A stretch of 64,000 nt of DNA from Podarcis vaucheri (lineage: Eukaryota): the NCBI GenBank assembly GCA_965113315.1, contig OZ220368.1; one strand, given 5' to 3'. Position 1 is the stretch's first letter, and the number at the start of each line of letters is the position of its first letter. The notes beneath the pieces were generated by a model. The model saw only the letters and a program-made list of their open reading frames with translations. It was not told the origin of the DNA and did no database searches. Below, in pieces: positions 49,972-64,000 of the stretch. Position numbers and translations under genes: made by a program.

Positions 49972-52900
49972 TGACTCACAACAAAACTATTCCTGAACCT
50001 TCATTCTTTCCTGTCAGCACAAGTTTTTTCTCCTATGCTTCATAAACTTTATCTGAGGCCTGTGAAATCTTGAGAAGAGTGCAAAATAACATCATTATGC
50101 ACAGTGTTTACATTTAAATGGATTTATGCATTGAAAACTTCCACAAATGGCACTTATGAGCCTGCCTTTGCAGATTTTATTGCAGAAATAGGTTATTCTG
50201 GCTTTAGTTAAAATTCCTAAGACTGTTACTTCAAGAAGGAGAGTGCAAGCTTTTATTTACATTGTAGAGTATAACATAATTGTGGTTTGGTTTTTTTTGT
50301 ATCTTCTGTTTTACAAGTGCTGTGCAAAGGTACAGCACAATTCTAAGGGCTAAGGTATTGTACAGGAAACAGAGCAATAACTAGTATGAGGTAGACCAAA
50401 TTCTCAGAAGCTTATCCTATAGGAGGGCAAAACCTGTATTGCCTTAATTGTCACTAGTGTGTTGTATACTTAGTTCAAAAGCCTTTTGGATAGCAATTTT
50501 TTCAACCCAACAATGGCCTCAAAAGCTGCTGCACTTTACTGTTGGTACTAAAATAGTAATCCTAAAGTATTGAGCTTTTTCCCCCTTCTAAACTTCAGAT
50601 TTGGGGAACGTTACGCTTTTTTACAAGCATTGTCAAGAGAGCTAAAGATGATTCCTTGTGAGATTTATGTAACTGCATTCTACTTGGTAGTAAGAGAGAA
50701 ATCACTGTTAATAGCATTATTAGGATACCATAGTTAATACTGTGAAAGGAGCCCTGCTTTTTCAGATTCTTTCCCTACTTCTCACCCTCAAGACTTTGAT
50801 TAATGAAAGCTTAGGAAGTTGCTGCAAGCAGAGAATTGTAAAATAAGTGTTTAGCTAGTGGCATAATATACTTTGGAGCTTTATCTTTCTGAAGCTTGGA
50901 CGCAGAGAGCCCTGAAGTGCCTTTTGGGATAACCTAGGAGTGCTCTACAGGAAGTAATGGGATCATAGTGACTGGTTGTTCAAAGGATCTACATGGTGCA
51001 GTTCTACTTCTTGGGCTGTTGCCATTAGGTGGCACTGACCCTCTGAGTGTTCTTCAGATTCTTAAGGTGGACCCCTGCCCTCTCAGGCTCTGCATGATAC
51101 ATGAGACTGCCATCATTTGGTGTATCTCATGTAGTTCACTATATTGTTCAGATAACTATCTTTGAAATCATTTGTTCAAGACAATGTTAAGCTCCAGACT
51201 GAGGATGGGGGCAGGTAACAGTACAGGAGGAGCCCTAGTGCATCTGGAGTCAAAATGAAGACAGGAAAGCCAGAGGAGGAGACCTAAACATGATAGCTTG
51301 GGATGGTCCTTGTACATCAGGCTATGTTACCGGGCGATTCAGTAAAAACCTTAAGCTTTCCTTTAGTAAGGTGCTCTGATGCCCAAATAGGCTGAAAGAA
51401 GTTGAAGTCCTTTGTTCTTGTACAAAGGTCAGGATTCAGTTGTAATTTAGGAGATAGTCGTCAAATATTATTGTTGTCTCTGCCTTTAGGAGATCTGATG
51501 AACCCTGCAATATTTCAATAACAGATGTCTTAGTCATTTTCACTGAATGTGCATAATTATGCAGTAGTTCACTTGTCCTCTGATGGTTCATCTGTCCTTA
51601 TCAGATCGGAGTTTTAGCAAATTAATTGGAGGGATTAATGTGCTAAAACATTAAAAATGGTTTTAATAGTGGTTGTTCTCCAATCTGCACTGTTACACAT
51701 ACCCCTCACTGGTAGGCAGTCTTATGTACTGGTTTGGAAACACCCCCCCAAAAAAAAAAATCATTATACCATGAGTGTTTCCTATCTTTCTTAGTACTCC
51801 TATAAATCCAGATAGATCCTGGTCCTTAATTAGTTTTCTAGATGTGGCAATGCACAGAAGCTTCAGTAAGAAGGTCACTAATGAAATATTTTGCATTTAG
51901 GCTTTGTCCACAAAATGTATCTAGAGAAGAGGCTATAGGGAGGTAACTCTTATTCCTGCTTTAATATATCCTCTGTGCCTAGTTTGTAATTATTACTGTG
52001 CTCCAATGACGTGTCCTACACATGGTGGGGCTAGAGTTTTGCTTACTGGTTAGATAATGATGGGTTTAAAGTTAAATTTCTGGTGCTTGCTGAATGTTGA
52101 AAATATGTAGCATACATAACTGGTGCTTTAAAAGCTTTTTTTTAAAAAAAGCTGTAGAAGGTCTCAGGATAACCTGATTGCCTAGAGAGCTGCCCAGCCA
52201 ATAACTTGCACAAAAGGGAAGAAAACAAGATTCTTGCATGCCTCTTTGATGTTTCCTTTTGCATTATGACCATTTAACAAAGCATCTCTGTGCCACAGTG
52301 TGACAGATGAGTGCAAGCATTGTGTGTACGTGAGTAAATTGAATTGCAGTACAAGGTGTAATTTTCTGTCTTCTACTGTTGGGAATTTTTGAAAGATTTA
52401 CTTTGTGTATTGTAGTGAGAATGAATATAGCATATTGTTGTAACTGAGGTCGAATCCTTGTTCCTGTAGTCTCTGCAGCAGCCAAGAGCATAGTTGAGTT
52501 GCCAGAGGTCACCCAGTGTGCTTAATTAACACTGCCAGTGCAGTGAATGAAGGCTCCCCACAAATAAGGACATTATGCATCAACAAGCTTATGGAAATGA
52601 GAATTAAGCATTTGGGAACTTAGAACATCAGTCTGTGAACCATTTTCTTTTGGGGGGGTTAAAATCAATGCTGCCCTCTCATAGCAACATTACAACTTGG
52701 ATTCCTATGGTATTGCTTTTTAAAAAAAAAACCACAACACTAAAACAGGAGTATTAACTGAAAAGATCATATATTGGCTGTTGCAAATAATGCTGGCTTC
52801 CTTTTAACAAATTTTTTAGAGAGCTTCCGCATGAACTCTGTCACTGCAGTAAATGTCCTCTTTAATCAGTTAAGTAGTCTGTTGGCACTAATTTAGAGAA

Positions 52901-53582
52901 TTAAGGTTCTCATTTAACCAAGATCTGAAACCTGTATTTAAATCCTGGTTAAACAGGAATCCCAATAAGCCTTAATGACCATTGTAAGTGTCAATGCTTA
53001 ATGCCAATGCTTAACCACAATTAATGTGGCAGGGAGTGCACAATCCACAGGTGGCTGCCAATCTCATGTTCCTAGCTCTTGTCACCCTGCATCAGCCCAT
53101 AGTAAATTATAGAGAAACTGTTGCCTTTCCAGGGTGGCACATTTCTTCTTCGAAAGCAGTTGTAGATCTAGAAGCCAAACAATTACACAGCTTACTCATA
53201 ATGCAAGTTCGTATCATTTTTCTGTTTCCTGTTCTACTGAGGTATTTAGTAGCGCTGATGTCTCTCTGGCACAACAAAAAGCTACAAAATACTACATTTT
53301 TGGTGTGTCTGGGTACAGGAGAAAATTCCTGGCTGAGACTTAAGATGAGCAATGCTGCCAGTTGTGTGTGATTATTAGCAAAGTATTGCACTTAGGTACT
53401 GCTTAACCAATGTGCCTGGGTTCCGCCTTATGGCCGATTAAAATTGATTTTGTATCTGCATATAGCTGTAACTACTTGCAGTGTAAAATTTCATATACTT
53501 TGTACATGATTCTGGGGTTTTGTGTGAAGACCAATTTTTATGGAAGTGTCTTTGCATTCTGAGCTGTTTAAAATACTTCCTC

Positions 53583-53620
53583 AATAAATGTAGTTTTCCT
53601 AATGTTTTGTGAGTTATTTG
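53583..53620 (+). terminator. Candidate STK38 polyadenylation signal
   Basis: AATAAA followed by a GU/U-rich downstream element; implies a ~3.6-kb 3' UTR. Confidence 0.5.
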
Positions 53621-54199
53621 AATTGAAAAGCTTGTTGTTCGCAACAGATGACACTGAGGTAATCAAAGGGGGTGCCTGGATGTATTTGCTAAGTGTGTTG
53701 ATTAGGTGCAATAAGAGTGAATAATAAGTAATAGATATGTTCACTTATTCCAGTCGCTGAATTCCTCCCCCCCCCCCCCGACATCTTCATTGAAAGTTGA
53801 AAAAGTACATAAAAAGAAAGTGTCTTAAAAACCCTTTTTGTTATGCTTGAGAGCACTTATGAGCATACTCCTTCTCAGGCATGCGTTTTGCAAACTTTTG
53901 TTCTAACATGAAATATCTTCAGGGTTGCTTCACATGTGTTAAAGAGTTAGTGGTGGCACCAGGTGTTTCCTGTTACACGGGATGTGGCTATATACATTCT
54001 TTATACCATGTGTACACACAGGTGGGGGCTGGGGCCAGTGTGGCTCCCTCTGGAGAGTACAGGTAGGGGCACACTGTTCTTGAGCATCAAGGTAATGCAA
54101 AGAAAATGATTTTCCAGACCAATATTCAAGTTGACTAGAAAAACGACAACCAAAGAGACAACACAGGATTAGAAGCATAACACAGCAGATAAAAGGCAA

Positions 54200-54263
54200 A
54201 TCTTTGAAAACTAAGACGCAGGACGTAAACAACTACCAGAAAAGTATTTAAAAGTTTTTTATT
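54200..54263 (-). terminator. Candidate KCTD20 polyadenylation signal
   Basis: Minus-strand AATAAA (TTTATT at 54258-54263) followed by the GU-rich tract TTTTCTGGTAGTTGTTT. Confidence 0.5.
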
Positions 54264-56091
54264 TAAAGGTATGATAATGTAAACACTGAATATTGAACAA
54301 AATAAAAAAGGAGAAACTTGTTTTTGTGCCTTTTTAATTACAGATAACGGAAGAGAAAGTAAATCACCCCAGAATAGAAACATCCCATTAGTCCAATATT
54401 CCTAGTTGGACAATGCTATATAATACTTATTTTTTTTATTTTGCATCAGATATAAATACATTGTTTCTTTGGGAAAGCAACCTATTATTTGTGAAAAGCT
54501 TTTAGTGGCTTATATTGGCTCTATGAATGTTTAGTTATAATTTGGAGTAAGTGTAATCTTTCAAGTCAGGTCTGACTTCGTTTGCAATGGGCATTCTTCA
54601 AGTTCATTGGGGTTGCCTCACTTTTGAATTTCTTTGTTTTTGGAATCCTAAGAGTTACCTCTCATTTTCTGTGGCAGTTGTCTTTGTTTTTGCCTATACT
54701 AGTATGTCTGCTGCAGCAAATGTAAAATGTGAAGGGCAGCTATATGTTCCATGAACATGCAGCAGACATGATCATGTTGTTATAGCCATTGTGGGCTCAG
54801 CATGCATCCCTGAATGTCTAGAAAGGTGTATCTGACTTTGAGCACTTTCTTTTGGAAACACCAATGTAGCTGCAGCAAGCATGGCTACTGTATGAAATTG
54901 TAATCTTCCAAGCAGCTGCTCTGAAAATTCCTAGGTTAGAGATTTTATCAAAAATTCTCACCACCCTCACAGGTAAGTAGTTTCTGCAAAGGACAAGCAC
55001 ATCAAACCAGCTGTTAAAGTGGTTCAATTTTCTAGCAACATTCAGTGCATTCGTGGGAATGGCTCTTACACAGATGTGAGAATGGCAAACTTAGCTTACC
55101 CAAATTTTTGAATTTAATACTGGAAGTATTCTCCAATAATTTTCATGCTGGAGCTTCTTTCAATGTTGACACCTGTCTATAAATCACCCTATATTTTTCT
55201 AATTAAATATTTCTAAAAAGACCACCTTGCCTTGTGGACAGCACAAGTAGTGCAGCTTTTGAAAAACGTTGCTGTAGGCACTTTCGTGAGAGGTTGAATG
55301 GCTGTTTAAATAAAATAACTGCATCAGAAATGATAAAAGCTTCCTTGATGCAGTTCTAAGGCTGCAAAACTATGCACACTTTCCAGAAAGCCCCATTGAA
55401 TATAATGGGGCTTACTTTTGAGTAAGCATGTGTAAGATTGTGCTACAAGTCTGTTTTAACATCTTCAACAGTGTAACAATAGCATAGTCCATTAATCTTG
55501 CTTGGAAATAAAACCAAAAAGTTTTAATTGAAAATTAAAAAGACAATTTGTTACATAAATTAGTGACCTTGGGCGATTCTCCCTTCACTGGAAGTATTAA
55601 CTCGATTTATTCTGACTCTGGAAAGCTATCTCCACTATCTGGCAATATCTATTCACTTAATTCCTCTAAGCAGATCCCAAGTAGATGACAATCAGCTACA
55701 CATTTGTTCTTTTGAGGCTCTTAAGATAGAGATATTTGGTGCATTGATTTTTTTTAAAAAAGTATATAATTGCAGGTGCTGATAGTTGCAAAGTCCTCTA
55801 CATGTTAATTCAGACCAGCATTATACACAACCTGTTCTAAAATCACACTTAGGTTGCTGAAAATTCAGGACTTCAGGTGTGTATTTGCTTTCTTCTGCAG
55901 TAAGATTCTTCATTTGAATGTGTCAAAAGTTTTTTCTCTACCTTGCAGAGGATGGGCTAAGCTTTTGAAGCACTTTAATGTAATGGGCAGGTATACTGTA
56001 ACTACAATGCATAACTCATATAACAGCCAATTCCCATTCAAACTACCAGCATGTTTCCCTGAGCTTAACCCATCAAAATCTCCCGGTACAC

Positions 56092-56332
56092 CAGGGGTCA
56101 GCAAACTTTTTCAGCAGGGGGCTGGTCCACTGTCCCTGAGACCTTGTGGGGGGCCAGACTATATTGGGGGGGGATGAACGAATTCCTACGCCCCACAAAT
56201 AACCCAGAGATGCATTTTAAATAAAAGGACACATTCTACACATGTAAAAACACACTGATTCCCAGATCCTTGCCGAATTTAGAAGGCGACTGGGCCGGAT
56301 CCGGCCCCCAGGCCTTAGTTTGCCTACCCATC
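56092..56332. mobile_element. hAT MITE (same family as 17637-17897)
   Basis: CAGGGGTCAGCAAAC...TTTGCCTACCCATC; TSD CGGTACAC/CTGTACAC. Confidence 0.85.
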
Positions 56333-57848
56333 CTGTACACTGAAAGCTAACATACTGGTGAGAAGTGCTAGCTTTCTTCATGTTAGGAACTTTTAATCTT
56401 AGGGCATATTCTATTATAAAATCTTAAATCCCACCAAACTTTTAAAAAAACATTGCAAGGTTGGTAATGATCCGAACATCCTAGCACCGAAGAGCAGCAT
56501 CCCCTCCCATCAACAATCCTAAATCATAATTTCTATTGCAGCCATTAAAGCTAAACATCATCCAGAATCAAGACAGGCATTTCTGCTACACACACTGTGA
56601 AGTCGTACAGCCCCTGCAGCACTAATACCATGTGCTGTTGAACATTTGAAGAGGTTCAATATTATATTTCACGAAAGTGGCAGCAAGATGAGAATCCTGG
56701 AATGGAACCAAGGAAGTAACACAAAATAGAGAAGATTGGCAGGGCTATGCTGAGAAAACATTGTAATGTTTATGCAATACTGTACATCTGTACTGCGCCT
56801 GCCAAGCACTCTGCACTTGGCTTTGTTGCTGAATCCAGTAGGATTCAGCACTCACTGTAACCTTAAAAGATATTCCTACTAATTTACAAGAGTCATAATA
56901 GAGAGCAAGTTACAGATACAAGATGTAGAGAGAGACGCTTCTTCATCTGCATGGCTGAATATAAAGAACTTTAACCCTTTTCCAGAAGACTTGCAGCACA
57001 ATCCTATGCAAGTTTAGTTGAAAGAAAAGTCCCACAGTTTTCAATAGGATTTACTCCTAGGTAAACTTGCCTAAAATCACAACTTTTATGGGTTTCACTA
57101 ATGCAATAACTTGTGTCCGGTTCTGTTAGGTTTTTTTCTTTTTTAAGGTATTGGGATGGCAGAGCAACTGTGCCTTGAGTTGAAAACGCAGCATTTTGGA
57201 GTGCAGACTGGTATTTGGTTTCTTGAAAACTGATGACTCAGAGTGAACTTGTTTGGTATGCCTCTGAAATCAGAGTTTTCAATCTCTTCCCAGCAGGTGC
57301 TGGAGATTAAGAAGCAATTTAAGGAGTTGGTGGGACAGCTACTGAAAAGGAAACTTAAAAAGCAACAACACTGGACTGCATAGGCTATCCGTTGTGTAGC
57401 TGCACCCAACTGATGGGAAGCATAGTTTTTTTTATTCTTACTGGTAATTGTCCCATGACGGTGAAGTCATTATTGCTATAGAGCTTGGCCTATTTGTAAC
57501 TAAGCGATGGCTGCTAAGCATTAACACAGAACTGTATGTATATTTACACTGTATTTCAATTCAATGAGAACATTTTATTTCTGTTCTTTGACAGGGTGAG
57601 ATGTAAACTTAATTCCCAGAGTCCACGTTCTCATTGGAGAATACTTGGGAGGCCTCAGCAAATGATGTAATAACGCTAGTCCTTTCTACTTATGTAGACT
57701 GTATTTAGAGAATAGAGCAATTATGGTAATGCAATAGCTTTTAAGAGATCCACTTGTATGAAAACTAGCAGCAGGCCGATCTGGATATTCAGTCCTGAGC
57801 CAGTCAATCAACCAAATCCATTTGAGGAAACACTGCACTTTAGCTACA

Positions 57849-63755
<5,907 letters not shown>

Positions 63756-64000
63756 TTAAATGCATTAGACAGATTACCAAAAAAAAAAGGTGATCTATAA
63801 CAAAAGTTTAATAACCAAATAGGTGACAATACAATGCTAAGAGAATATGCACCACTGACTTAGATGATTACTAAAACACCCTGACACATCTGTAAACAGC
63901 ACACAAATCAGCCATGTAAGCACAATCTGATCATACACATACAGGTATTGGTATCAGTTACAGAGAGGTAGCCGTGTTGGTCTGCCATAGTCAAAATAAA

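Overview
Vertebrate (squamate, most likely lacertid lizard, judged from Sauria SINE, POM/Squam3-like SINE and BovB/RTE content) genomic DNA covering the conserved SRSF3 - STK38 - KCTD20 block. SRSF3 (- strand, 5 coding exons, 164 aa) and STK38/NDR1 (+ strand, 13 coding exons, 465 aa) are complete. KCTD20 (- strand) is present from an internal exon to the stop codon and includes one GC-AG intron. Between SRSF3 and STK38 lies an intact three-exon parathyroid-hormone-family gene (PTH4/PTH-L, the paralogue lost in eutherians): TATA and UTR exon at ~27.2 kb, signal-peptide exon 28045-28133, mature-peptide exon 30449-30839, 159-aa precursor with an unusual N-terminus and extra processing sites. The apparent CpG-island promoter at 6.9-8.2 kb is not native. 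It is cargo inside a 1.46-kb hAT-type element (8-bp TSD GTATAAAG), which is itself nested in another hAT MITE (8-bp TSD GATTAAGG), so it looks like a Pack-type transposon carrying a captured promoter and first exon. A 548-nt N run sits where the ultraconserved SRSF3 poison exon is expected. The rest is introns and UTRs with many MITEs, SINEs and LINE fragments.
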